Source: Minisyncoccia bacterium (GTDB lineage Bacteria; Patescibacteriota; Minisyncoccia; UBA6257; 2-01-FULL-56-20). From it: DNA of 64,000 nucleotides. The first letter of the stretch is position 1; every line of letters begins with the position of its first letter. Where the stretch lies: assembly GCA_050015515.1 (NCBI GenBank), contig JBEKBG010000001.1:6028-70027 (forward strand), given 5' to 3'. The position numbers and the translations under genes were made by a program. This document shows, in pieces, positions 10,255-19,743 of the stretch. The notes below the pieces were generated by a model. That model was not told the DNA's origin, did no database searches, and worked only from the letters and a program-made list of their open reading frames with translations.

Positions 10255-10325
10255 GCGGGTATTGTATAACGGTATTACGTCACCCTTCCAAGGTGAAGTC
10301 AGGGGTTCGACTCCCCTTACCCGCT
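10255..10325 (+). tRNA. tRNA-Gly, anticodon TCC
   Basis: GCGGGTA/TACCCGC acceptor stem, TCACC-CTTCCAA-GGTGA, AGGGG-TTCGACT-CCCCT, discriminator T. Confidence 0.95.
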
Positions 10326-10408
10326 CAGCAAGAAGAATATGTGGCATTCCAAAACCGGGCTCACCCTCCGGGATGGTTTTGGAATGCCACATATTCTTCT
10401 TGCTGAGC
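10323..10408. repeat. Long palindrome, family A loop
   Basis: Perfect 34-bp arms 10323-10356/10375-10408; loop GGGCTCACCCTCCGGGAT. Confidence 0.95.
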
Positions 10409-10627
10409 TTGATGAGGAGGCGAACGGCGGAGCAAGATTTTCAGCAGAAAAATCTTGTGAGCCGGTGCCCAGACCAAATGCGAGCGACGGCGAGCATTTG
10501 AGTCGCGGGCGACTCCCCTTACCCACTTCCCTCAAAACAATAGTGAGTGGAGGCGTAGGGTAAAGATAAAAAAAGCCCCGCCACAGTGTAAGCACAAGGC
10601 TTTCTGTTGCGAGGCGTGACATCAAAC

Positions 10628-10909
10628 TCACACAATGATTCGATGGGCTTTCCTCATCCGGTTATAGCTGAGGACGAGCAAGGCAAGAGCGAATATCGGC
10701 GCAAACATGCGGCCCATCGCGTCAAACAGGTCGACGTCTGGCTCAGTCGTCGTTATCGCCATAGCAAGAAGGCCATAGGCAAGTAAAGTGCTGAGCGCTC
10801 CCTGGAGGTAATATTTCCAGACCATCCAGCTAAAGCACATCCTGGCTACCAAGGACAGTGCCCAGATGAGGAGATATGCTCCTACAAGCAAGGTACATGT
10901 CAACAACAT
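10628..10909 (-). CDS. Small membrane hypothetical protein
   Basis: Three hydrophobic segments; AGGA upstream; terminator-like stem downstream. Confidence 0.65.
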   Translation of the reverse strand: MLLTCTLLVGAYLLIWALSLVARMCFSWMVWKYYLQGALSTLLAYGLLAMAITTTEPDVDLFDAMGRMFAPIFALALLVLSYNRMRKAHRIIV

Positions 10910-11062
10910 AGTTCTCTTTTCCTTTCTCCCGCAACTGCTTAGAGTCGCGGCTCCGTTCGTTCTGCCCGCATTCTACCGTTTGACGGATGGATTGTCAAAT
11001 GGTATAAGGAGGGTAGCTCACAACGCAACAAGATTTTACATTTCCATGAATGGAGGAAAAAT

Positions 11063-11641
11063 ATGGGCTACGCCTCGACGCTGAGCGTTCAAGACCAACT
11101 TGATCTGGAAGAAGTCCTGGCGGAACTCATAGAAGAGATCTTCCTCCGCCTCCAAGATCAGGGACACCTCGCTGCTGTTTTGGGATTTTACTGCCAAGCG
11201 GTAACACGGGACGAATTGTCCGTCTTTGCAATCGCATGGGATGGTTCAGGAGAAGAATTGTTTAAAACCTCCATCAATTCCATTGCAATTCCTGTTGTTA
11301 TGGATGGGGAGCAGATGGGACGATTTCTTCGCAACCACCTCCGTCGCAGCATGATTCATAAAGGATGGAGGAATAGTAATCAGGCTCTCTCCTGCTATCA
11401 AAAGAACGACGGAGGCATACTCCTACTCTCGCCCGTCGTCGCAAGCCCGAAAAACCAGACTATCGTTCTTGAGCAAACTAGCAATTCGTGGAATGCGTAC
11501 TTTGATTCCAACCCAAAGACCAAGGGCGTTGGGAGTTCACAGGGCGAAGCCGTTGCAAGCCTGTACACCAATGAAATCGGAAAGCTGATCTTGCAGAACC
11601 CCGAGCGATTCGCCCTTACTGTTATTACGAAGCCTACCTGA
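11063..11641 (+). CDS. Hypothetical protein
   Basis: GGAGG RBS; terminator aagcctacc...ggtaggcttttttt at its end. Confidence 0.7.
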   Translation: MGYASTLSVQDQLDLEEVLAELIEEIFLRLQDQGHLAAVLGFYCQAVTRDELSVFAIAWDGSGEELFKTSINSIAIPVVMDGEQMGRFLRNHLRRSMIHKGWRNSNQALSCYQKNDGGILLLSPVVASPKNQTIVLEQTSNSWNAYFDSNPKTKGVGSSQGEAVASLYTNEIGKLILQNPERFALTVITKPT

Positions 11642-11795
11642 GAAAAATATGGGTAGGCTTTTTTTATCCTCAACATTTCTCGGCCATCAAATCCGGAATC
11701 ACGAATTTGCTGCCGTTTTCCCCATAAAAGGTTCTAACGTCATTGACTAGCCCGCTCACTCGCAGATAAAAAAGCGGAGCATTTCTGCTCCGCGA

Positions 11796-12521
11796 TCAAG
11801 AACGTTCAGATTTCTTCCCTCTCATCCACTTCCTCTGAGGCTCTCTGCCTGCCGCGCGCTCGGCTTTGCGATAGCGATTGCGCGAACGCCTGCTTTCCTT
11901 GACGAGTGCGAGCACCTCATCCGAAAGCATGATATCCCACCGCGCCCAGACCGGCTTTTTATCGGGGAGATGTCCCTCCTTGTTCAGACAACCCCACCAT
12001 GTTTTGCCGTTTATCCTCCTTCGCATTATTTTCATGCGAGCGTTGCATCGCGGGCAACACGGCGGCCTGACAATCCTCAACCAAGTGACCCATATCCGCT
12101 TAAGAAAATTTTCGACGAAATTCTTTGTGCGATGGACGTCGGCGGCAAAATATTCTTCTCTGCCGTCACGCGCACTGACGATGAGCACGCGCCCCGCGTC
12201 TTCATACCGTGGTCTGCCGACAACAATATCACTGGAAAGCAATGGAAGCTGACTGCACCTTTCCACTTTTTCCCGCTCGCACGTGGTCCACACCTTTACC
12301 GCATAGCCATGACGCGGAATACTCACAAACCCAATCTCATAGCTCGGCTCTTCAGAAAAAGAAATTTCTCTGAACCCGCGCCTTCTGAGACGGTGCGCGA
12401 TCTCACAAAAATCCCGATAGGTTACCGAAACCGCTTCTGGCACGATACCACCTCCTCTTTCTGGGAAAGATACTGCGTATGTTATACAAAAATCGCCAAG
12501 GAAAAGCAATGGCTGCGGCAA
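11796..12521 (-). CDS. Hypothetical basic protein with zinc-ribbon-like CPRC motif
   Basis: 241-aa ORF; start codon uncertain; hairpin gcggagc-attt-ctgctccgc downstream. Confidence 0.65.
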   Translation of the reverse strand: MPQPLLFLGDFCITYAVSFPERGGGIVPEAVSVTYRDFCEIAHRLRRRGFREISFSEEPSYEIGFVSIPRHGYAVKVWTTCEREKVERCSQLPLLSSDIVVGRPRYEDAGRVLIVSARDGREEYFAADVHRTKNFVENFLKRIWVTWLRIVRPPCCPRCNARMKIMRRRINGKTWWGCLNKEGHLPDKKPVWARWDIMLSDEVLALVKESRRSRNRYRKAERAAGREPQRKWMRGKKSERS

Positions 12522-12738
12522 AGACCAAAAAATATCAGAAATGAGAAAAGGGATAACCAGTTGGTTATCCCTTAGAGAGTTGCGCGGTCATAGTCACGCG
12601 CTAGACAATGTGTTGCGAATAAATTCGCATTGTGCGACCGCTTTGAAAGCGGTTTAAATTAATATTGGTGTTGTTGTTCGGTCGCTATAATGACTATACC
12701 GTGAATCCCCTCCCCGCGCCAACCGCCCCTGTGGATAA

Positions 12739-13941
12739 CTAGAGAATAACTTTAAAAAAGCGCTTTTTGCCTACCTTGATGACCTCCCCGCCTTTAAGTA
12801 CGAGCGGTGGCTGCGGGTCGCGGCACGGACGGTTATCCACATCAAATCCCCCTTGCTCAATGAGGCGGCGCGCTTCACCTCTGCTCTTGAAAACGCCGGA
12901 AGCGATGATAAGATCCACCGGCAAGATAGTGCCGCTATTTATTTTTAGCGTAGGCACGACATCCGGCACTTCGCGCCGCGAGAACGTTTTCACAAAGTTT
13001 TCCGCCGCCGCGCGAGCTTTTTTCTCTCCGTGATAGCGCTTGACCACCTCGAATGCCAAAATTTCCTTCACTTTCTTGGGATTATCGCCTCCCTTGATGC
13101 CGTCAACATATTTTTTTATCTCACGATCGGAAACGTCGGTGGCAAGATGGAAATAATTCGGAATCTGGTCATCGCGGACGGACATCACTTTGCCGAATTG
13201 GTCGTCGGGCGCATCTATAATATTGATCACGTTGCCCCAGCTGGTGGACATCTTGCGCCCGTCGGTGCCAAGCAACATTTTATTTACTAAAATATCCTGT
13301 GGCTTTTGTTTATAACGCTCCTGGATCTTTCGCCCGGCCAGAAGATTGAAGAGTTGGTCTGTGCCAGCGAGTTCCACGTCCGCTTTTATCGCCACGGAGT
13401 CGTATCCTTGCATCAGCGGATATAAAAATTCCCGCACGCTTATCTCTTTATGCGCATCCCACCGGTCCTTGAAGTTGCGCCGATCCACCATCTGCTGAAC
13501 GGTGAACGCCTCCGCCAGCTCGGAAATTTCCTGAAAGTTCAACGCGGCAAGCCATTCGCTGTTGTAGCGCACCTCCGTTTTTTTGAGATCAATGATTCTG
13601 CCTATCTGCGGAAGATAGTTTTTAAGATTCTTTTTAACCGCCGCGGCGGTAAGGAATGGTCGTTTTTCCAGCTTATCCGACGGGTCGCCCACCTGCGCGG
13701 TAAAATCGCCGATGATGAGCACGATCTTGTGCCCGAGATCCTGGAACTCTTTGAGCTTCCAAAACACCACCGCGCGGCCAATGTGGATCTTATCCCCCGT
13801 CGGGTCAATGCCAAATTTTACGCGCAGCTTTTTGCCCGAAAGCAGGGCGGCACGCAAATGCCCCTCATCAATCACTTCTTCCACGTTGCGTGAGAGCAAC
13901 GCTTCAATCTTTTCTTTGTCTATCGCTTTAGAAACCGCCAT
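12739..13941 (-). CDS. tyrS: Tyrosine--tRNA ligase
   Basis: GIDPTG..IHIGR (HIGH), KMSTS, YPLMQGYD and C-terminal S4 domain. Confidence 0.97.
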   Translation of the reverse strand: MAVSKAIDKEKIEALLSRNVEEVIDEGHLRAALLSGKKLRVKFGIDPTGDKIHIGRAVVFWKLKEFQDLGHKIVLIIGDFTAQVGDPSDKLEKRPFLTAAAVKKNLKNYLPQIGRIIDLKKTEVRYNSEWLAALNFQEISELAEAFTVQQMVDRRNFKDRWDAHKEISVREFLYPLMQGYDSVAIKADVELAGTDQLFNLLAGRKIQERYKQKPQDILVNKMLLGTDGRKMSTSWGNVINIIDAPDDQFGKVMSVRDDQIPNYFHLATDVSDREIKKYVDGIKGGDNPKKVKEILAFEVVKRYHGEKKARAAAENFVKTFSRREVPDVVPTLKINSGTILPVDLIIASGVFKSRGEARRLIEQGGFDVDNRPCRDPQPPLVLKGGEVIKVGKKRFFKVIL

Positions 13942-14018
13942 GTACCCTTATTTTACCACAAAAAAGATGATATGATAATGACAGCAGAAAGCCGCCGGAT
14001 GGCGCAGGAGGAAACACC

Positions 14019-14315
14019 ATGGCGACGCAATCGCAGTTGGAACGACCTCTTGTTGAAAGATATGTAGAGCAGATACCTATATGGATGCCCGAACGCATGG
14101 ATCCTGGAACCGTCTTTCTCCTTGAAAACCAAACCAGGCTCGGCGAAGAACAAAATCCATTTGTGGCGGTGATGTCCTGCCCGCGATGCGGAACTCTCGG
14201 CCTCGTCACGCGACGCCAATTGTACACCGGCGAATTCATGATCTGCGGTGGCGATGTTTGCTCCGCAGAGTGGAATATCAAGGAAGGAATATTCACCACC
14301 CGCGAATCTCAGTGA
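14019..14315 (+). CDS. Small hypothetical zinc-binding protein
   Basis: AGGAGG RBS; CPRC...CGGDVC; terminator at 14335-14368. Confidence 0.7.
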   Translation: MATQSQLERPLVERYVEQIPIWMPERMDPGTVFLLENQTRLGEEQNPFVAVMSCPRCGTLGLVTRRQLYTGEFMICGGDVCSAEWNIKEGIFTTRESQ

Positions 14316-14389
14316 TTTTCTCTGTTCAAAAACAAAAACCCGGCGCATCGCATGCCGGGTCTTTTTTACCTCCGTAAATATCCCCCCCC

Positions 14390-15013
14390 CTACGACTTCT
14401 TGATGATTTCATCCACCACGCCGTACGCTTTCGCCTCTTCCGCAGAAAGCCAGAAGTCGCGTTCGGTATCCTTTTCCACTTTCGCAAGCGACTGCCCGGT
14501 GCTCTTGGCGAGGATCTGGTTTAGGCGTGCCTTCGTCTTTAATATCTGTCGCGCGGAGATTTCGATCTCCGTAGCCTGGCCGCCGATGGAATCCACCGCC
14601 ACCTGGTGCAAAAGAATTTCCGAGTTCGGCAGCGTGAAGCGTTTGCCCTTCTTGCCGGCGGCGAGGAGAAAGGCGCCCATGGACGCCGCGATGCCCACGC
14701 ACATCGTCGCCACATCCGGCTTCACATACTGCATCGCGTCGTAAATCGCCATCCCTGCCGTCACCGAGCCGCCAGGGCTATTGATATAGAGCTGGATATC
14801 CTTCTTGGCGTCCTCATGTTCCAGAAACAACAGCTGTGCGATCACCGTGTTCGCTACCGCATCGCTTACCGGGCCGCCCAAAAAGATGATCCGCTCCTTG
14901 AGAAGCCGCGAATAAATATCGTATGCGCGCTCGCCATTCGAAGTTTTTTCGATGACGGTCGGGATTAGATATTGCGAGTATTCATCCTCGCCATGTAATG
15001 ATCTTTTGTTCAT
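14390..15013 (-). CDS. clpP: ATP-dependent Clp protease proteolytic subunit
   Basis: [23 protein letters not shown] and AASMGA. Confidence 0.98.
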   Translation of the reverse strand: MNKRSLHGEDEYSQYLIPTVIEKTSNGERAYDIYSRLLKERIIFLGGPVSDAVANTVIAQLLFLEHEDAKKDIQLYINSPGGSVTAGMAIYDAMQYVKPDVATMCVGIAASMGAFLLAAGKKGKRFTLPNSEILLHQVAVDSIGGQATEIEISARQILKTKARLNQILAKSTGQSLAKVEKDTERDFWLSAEEAKAYGVVDEIIKKS

Positions 15014-15031
15014 AGTGCGATGTCGTTATTT

Positions 15032-16996
15032 TTAGTGAATGAATTTTACGATAAGCAATGCGATGATGTTCACCACTTTGATCAACGGGTTGATCGCCGG
15101 ACCGGTGGTGTCCTTATATGGATCGCCCACCGTATCGCCGGTGACCGCCGCTTTGTGCGCTTCCGAGCCTTTGCCGCCGAAGTTTCCGTCCTCTATATAT
15201 TTCTTCGCGTTGTCCCACGCCGCGCCGCCCGCGGTCATGGAAAGCGCCATGAAGAGTCCGCCCACGATCGTGCCGATCAAGAGTCCGCCGAGCGCCGCGG
15301 CACCAAGACCAAACCCAACGACGAGAACGCCGACGATCGGCACGAGCGCCGGGATGATCATCTCTTTGATCGCCGCCTTCGTCACGATATCAACCGCCTT
15401 GCCGTACTCCGGCTTGGCAGTGCCTTCCATCAAGCCCTTGATCTCGCGGAACTGGCGGCGGATCTCATCCACCACCGCGCCCGCGGCGCGTCCCACCGAA
15501 CGGAGCGTGAGCGATGCGAAGAAGTAGACCATCGCCGCGCCGAGCAAGAGTCCGACGAGCACCGCCGGGTTGCTTAGGCTGAAAATAATTCCCTTTGCCT
15601 CATTCGCGTAGCTCGAGAAAAGCACCAACGCCGCGAGTCCCGCGGATGCGATCGCATATCCTTTCGTGATCGCCTTTGTGGTATTCCCTACCGCATCGAG
15701 CGAGTCGGTGATCTTGCGTACGTTCTCCGGCTGCTTCGTCATCTCCGCGATACCACCGGCGTTGTCGGTGATTGGACCGAACGAATCAATGGAAACGATG
15801 ATGCCTGCCACGGAAAGCATCGCGACGGATGCGATCGCTACACCGTAAATTCCCGAAAGCGCGTAGCTCGCTAATATTCCCAACGCAATCACAAATGCCG
15901 GAAGAAGCGTTGATTCCATTCCCACCGAAAGACCGATGATAATGTTCGTTCCATGCCCGGACTTCGAAGCCTCGGCAACCGACTGCACGGGACGGAACTG
16001 TTTTGCTGTGTAGTAGTCGGTGATGATTACCATGAGTGCCGTCACCGCGAGGCCGGTCAACGATGACAAGAAAATATTCAGATACGCTGCGCCGAACACG
16101 TATATTGAGAGAAAGTAGAATCCGATTGCCGCGAACACAAGCGATGCGATCAATCCTTTGTAGAGAGCACCCATGATCGAATTATTTTTACTCAACCGTA
16201 CGAAGAACGTTCCTAATATAGAGGCGATAATAGAGACGCCGCCCAAGAGCAACGGGAACCCGATTGTGCCGGAAACCACCGTCGTCAATGAGCCGAGTAA
16301 AATGCCCGCGGTAAGCGTGACGGCGTACGTTTCAAAAAGATCAGCAGCCATGCCGGCGCAATCGCCGACGTTGTCGCCGACGTTATCCGCAATGACGCCC
16401 GGGTTGCGCGGATCATCTTCCGGAATCCCCGCTTCAACTTTTCCAACCAAGTCGGTGCCGACGTCCGCCGCTTTTGTATAGATACCACCGCCCAAGCGCG
16501 CAAAGATCGAGATCAAGCTCGCGCCGAACCCAAGTCCGATGAGTGCTTCGATATTTCCACCGGAAACAAAGTACGTTCCGGCCACCGCCAGTAAGCCGAG
16601 CGCCGTTACCAAAAGCCCCGTAACGGAACCCGCCTTGAACGCGAGCGAGAGCGCTGGGAATAATCCCTTCTTCGCCGCCTCTGTGGTCTTCGCATTCGCA
16701 CGCACCGCGACGTTCATACCGATGTAGCCAGTCAGTGCCGATGCGATGCCGCCCACTAGAAACGCGAGTGCGACTGGCGCGCCGAGCGCGAACCAAATCA
16801 CCGCAGCGAGTATCACCGCCACCACAGCGACGGTCTTATACTGCCGGTTCAAATACGCCATCGATCCCTCTTGAATGGCTTTTGAAATTTCCACCATGCC
16901 CACATCCCCCGCCGGCTGTTTTTTTAACCAAAGCGCGAGCCACGCGCTGTAAATTATTGCTATCGCGACCGGAACAAAAATGAGTAAGTAGGTCAT
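15032..16996 (-). CDS. hppA: Membrane pyrophosphatase, predicted K+-independent H+-PPase
   Basis: [28 protein letters not shown]; GNTTKA has Lys at the K+-dependence position. Confidence 0.95.
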   Translation of the reverse strand: MTYLLIFVPVAIAIIYSAWLALWLKKQPAGDVGMVEISKAIQEGSMAYLNRQYKTVAVVAVILAAVIWFALGAPVALAFLVGGIASALTGYIGMNVAVRANAKTTEAAKKGLFPALSLAFKAGSVTGLLVTALGLLAVAGTYFVSGGNIEALIGLGFGASLISIFARLGGGIYTKAADVGTDLVGKVEAGIPEDDPRNPGVIADNVGDNVGDCAGMAADLFETYAVTLTAGILLGSLTTVVSGTIGFPLLLGGVSIIASILGTFFVRLSKNNSIMGALYKGLIASLVFAAIGFYFLSIYVFGAAYLNIFLSSLTGLAVTALMVIITDYYTAKQFRPVQSVAEASKSGHGTNIIIGLSVGMESTLLPAFVIALGILASYALSGIYGVAIASVAMLSVAGIIVSIDSFGPITDNAGGIAEMTKQPENVRKITDSLDAVGNTTKAITKGYAIASAGLAALVLFSSYANEAKGIIFSLSNPAVLVGLLLGAAMVYFFASLTLRSVGRAAGAVVDEIRRQFREIKGLMEGTAKPEYGKAVDIVTKAAIKEMIIPALVPIVGVLVVGFGLGAAALGGLLIGTIVGGLFMALSMTAGGAAWDNAKKYIEDGNFGGKGSEAHKAAVTGDTVGDPYKDTTGPAINPLIKVVNIIALLIVKFIH

Positions 16997-17014
16997 CTTT
17001 TTATTATAATATTT

Positions 17015-18268
17015 TTATATTGCGATATCTTCTTTATCATCCTCTTCCGGCGGAGCGATCTGGTCGGAACCGGAACCCGCGTCAACGAGTCCTGCGATGC
17101 CGCCCTCCACTTCCTCCTCCGGTCGCGTCTGCGAACGCACATCGATCTTCCATCCTGTCAGCTTCGCCGCGAGCCGCACGTTCTGGCCGCCCTTGCCGAT
17201 CGCCAAACTCAGTTGGCTCTCCGGAACATACGCGCGTGCTTCGCGGCGTGGAAGGATCTCCACACGCTCAACCTTCGCCGGCGAAAGCGCATTCGCGATG
17301 AACTTCTCCGGATCGTCGGACCACTCCGCAATATCGATCTTCTCGTTGCCCAGCTCGTTGTTCACCGCCATCACGCGCGTGCCGCGCTGACCCACGAGCG
17401 CACCCACCGGATCCACACCATCCGCCTTTGAGGCCGCGGCGATCTTCGTTCGATTGCCCGGCTCACGTGCGATGGCTTTGATCTCGATTGCATCCTCAAT
17501 CAACTCCGGAACCTCCATGCGGAAAAGTTCTATGACAAACTTCGGATGCGAGCGCGAAAGAATGATCCCGGGAAGCCGCGTGTCTTCCTGCACGGCCGTC
17601 ACTAGAAATCGCAATCGCTCCCCTGCGCGATAATGCTCGCCAGGAATGGATTCGTTGCCGAACATCACGCCGATCGTACGACCGAGATCCACAAAAATAT
17701 TTCCACGCTCGAACCGTTGAATGACGCCGCTCACGATCTGCCCTTCGCGCCCGCGCCACTCATTCAATATTGAATCGCGTTCCGATTCGCGTAATTTTTG
17801 CAAAATGACCTGCTTCGCCGTCTGCGCCGCGATGCGCCCAAAATCTTCATGTGTCTCTAACGGAAATTCAAGTTCCTCGCCAAGCGCCACATCCTTCTTT
17901 ATTTTTTTTGCCTCCGCCAAAGTGATGTGCCGCTCCGGATTGAAACGTGGAAGTTTCTGCTCATCATCTTCCGCTACCATCGCCTCTTTTTGATTCACGG
18001 CGACAGCACCCTTAACTACCGGGCTTTCTTCTTCGTCCTCAACAAAACGCACCGTCGTGTCATCCACTACCGTTTTGACCTGCCAGAAATTCAACTCGCC
18101 GGTCTTCTGATCCATCTTGCACTTCACCACATCGCCACGCCCGGCATATTCTCTTTTGTAGGCCGCCGCGATGGACGACTCAATGACATCCAAAACTTTA
18201 TCCGGATCCAAACCCTTCTCATCCGCAACCTGCTTCAGCGCTTTTGATAATTCTTTTATGTTTAACAT
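17015..18268 (-). CDS. nusA: Transcription termination factor NusA
   Basis: FGRIAAQTAKQVI, S1 and KH domains, AIGKGGQNVRLAAKLTGWKIDV. Confidence 0.98.
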   Translation of the reverse strand: MLNIKELSKALKQVADEKGLDPDKVLDVIESSIAAAYKREYAGRGDVVKCKMDQKTGELNFWQVKTVVDDTTVRFVEDEEESPVVKGAVAVNQKEAMVAEDDEQKLPRFNPERHITLAEAKKIKKDVALGEELEFPLETHEDFGRIAAQTAKQVILQKLRESERDSILNEWRGREGQIVSGVIQRFERGNIFVDLGRTIGVMFGNESIPGEHYRAGERLRFLVTAVQEDTRLPGIILSRSHPKFVIELFRMEVPELIEDAIEIKAIAREPGNRTKIAAASKADGVDPVGALVGQRGTRVMAVNNELGNEKIDIAEWSDDPEKFIANALSPAKVERVEILPRREARAYVPESQLSLAIGKGGQNVRLAAKLTGWKIDVRSQTRPEEEVEGGIAGLVDAGSGSDQIAPPEEDDKEDIAI

Positions 18269-18370
18269 TTATTTAATTGTTATTTAGTTGTCTTTCTTTA
18301 AAAAAGACCGCTTTGAAAGCGGACTTACACCATCGCTTTATTGTATTTGAAAACTGCATGGAGTGTCAAG

Positions 18371-18452
18371 GGCGGAGAGAAAAGGAGGAGCGTTCTCCGA
18401 CTGGGCTCACCCTTCGGGATAGTCGGAGAACGCTCCTCCTTTTCTCTCCGCC
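18371..18452. repeat. Long palindrome, family A loop
   Basis: Perfect 32-bp arms 18371-18402/18421-18452; loop GGGCTCACCCTTCGGGAT. Confidence 0.95.
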
Positions 18453-18478
18453 GATATATTAAAAGATTAAGAGGATCG

Positions 18479-18844
18479 CTAGATGTTTTTATAATGCCGG
18501 AGGTTGGATAGCTTCCCGCCATCCAAGACTATTGCGACAAGATCAATCTGCCATCCAGCATTTTCCCAGACCAGCTCAGGATGCCGCGCCAAGAAAATAT
18601 TGGCTGCCCTGATCATTTTATGCCGTTTTGCCGAGCTGAGATTATCTTCCGGCATAAACCCGCTATTATTGTAATTACTAGTTTTAACCTCACAAAAGAC
18701 CAATACGCCGCCAGGGTCACGAGTAAGAATATCTATTTCATCGAATCTTTCCCTGTGATTTCTGGCCAATATTAAATAGGAGTTTTTTAATAAATATTGA
18801 CACGCGATATCCTCCCCTATTTTGCCGGTTTCGATATTTTTCAT
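18479..18844 (-). CDS. yraN: YraN-family (UPF0102) nuclease
   Basis: GKIGEDIA..YL...Y.ILARN...EIDI...LVFCEVK PD-(D/E)XK-type pattern. Confidence 0.9.
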   Translation of the reverse strand: MKNIETGKIGEDIACQYLLKNSYLILARNHRERFDEIDILTRDPGGVLVFCEVKTSNYNNSGFMPEDNLSSAKRHKMIRAANIFLARHPELVWENAGWQIDLVAIVLDGGKLSNLRHYKNI

Positions 18845-18851
18845 AATTAAA

Positions 18852-18985
18852 GAATTTTAATTGTGTTTTCCGTAAAACATCATTAAAAATGTTTTTGGGC
18901 TTTATTTTAAATCAAATTAAAAATAAAATGCTATTTTATCTCCAAGATGGCCATTTTGAATTTTAATTGTGTTTTCCGTAAAACA
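18852..18985. repeat. 28-bp direct repeat containing parS-like palindrome TGTTTTCCGTAAAACA
   Basis: gaattttaattgtgttttccgtaaaaca at 18852-18879 and 18958-18985. Confidence 0.85.
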
Positions 18986-19079
18986 ATTTTGAAAAACATT
19001 TTTGTTTTACAGTAGGTTTTATGGGCTTACCGGGTTTTGCCGTATTATTTGGATTTAATCCGGCAATCCGGCAAACCAT

Positions 19080-19151
19080 GCGGATGAGGAGGGGCATTCT
19101 CCGACTGGGCTCACCCTTCGGGACAGTCGGAGAATGCCCCTCCTCATCCGC
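19080..19151. repeat. Long palindrome, family A loop
   Basis: Perfect 27-bp arms 19080-19106/19125-19151; loop GGGCTCACCCTTCGGGAC. Confidence 0.95.
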
Positions 19152-19177
19152 GCAGTCTTATTAGTTTAATAGGGGAA

Positions 19178-19260
19178 TCCGAAGGCAACATGATGGGCAT
19201 ATCTTTGAGGACCATTAATCTTCTGGTCCTCAAAGATATGCCCATCATGTTGCCTTCGGA
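19178..19260. repeat. Long palindrome, short loop (family D)
   Basis: Perfect 37-bp arms 19178-19214/19224-19260; loop TTAATCTTC. Confidence 0.95.
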
Positions 19261-19287
19261 GCCATCTCGCCGTATTCTTATAGAACT

Positions 19288-19620
19288 ATGAACCAAAACC
19301 AATTAAAAGAATATAAAATCGCACTAGAAAAGGAACGGGTAATGATCGCAGCAGAGATTGCACGCGACGAAAAGCCTGTTGATTTTGGCAATGACATTGA
19401 CCACGACGATGAGGCGACCGATAAGTCGGAAGAGGTAGGGGATCAGCTCGCAGCGGCGCGATCTCTCAAAGACCGTTTGAACGAAATTGGTATCGCGCTG
19501 GGGAAAATCCAAAATGGTGTGTACGGTGTTTGCGAAAAATGTGGGAAAACCATTGAGCACGAGATTCTTGCTATTGATCCCGAATCCCGTTTCTGCAAAG
19601 CGTGCAAGCTCGCTCATTAA
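19288..19620 (+). CDS. TraR/DksA C4 zinc-finger protein
   Basis: Coiled coil plus GVYGVCEKCG..I...L...P.SRFCKAC. Confidence 0.9.
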   Translation: MNQNQLKEYKIALEKERVMIAAEIARDEKPVDFGNDIDHDDEATDKSEEVGDQLAAARSLKDRLNEIGIALGKIQNGVYGVCEKCGKTIEHEILAIDPESRFCKACKLAH

Positions 19621-19634
19621 TCTTAATCACCTGG

Positions 19635-19712
19635 ATCTAAAAACTCCCACCCCCTCTTCTTGAACCGTCGAGTCTGTTCGCTAGGTTCAAAAAGAGGATG
19701 GGTATTTTAGAT
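19635..19712. repeat. Imperfect long palindrome (family D-like)
   Basis: ...ctcttcttgaacc-gtcgagtctgttcgcta-ggttcaaaaagag... Confidence 0.65.
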
Positions 19713-19743
19713 TCTTTTAATGTGAGATATGTATAGTGTTTGC

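Noticed and set aside
10187-10631. ORF-track entries overlapping tRNA-Gly and the hairpins (also 18277-18522, 37649-37924, 48817-49197)
   Set aside because: They are translations of tRNA or palindrome sequence with no protein-like features.
11460-11641. HicB-like motif at the C-terminus of the 11063 ORF
   Set aside because: The resemblance is limited to a short pattern and no HicA-like partner is adjacent.
18852-18985. CRISPR array from the 28-bp direct repeat
   Set aside because: Only two copies, a 78-bp spacer and no cas genes in the window.
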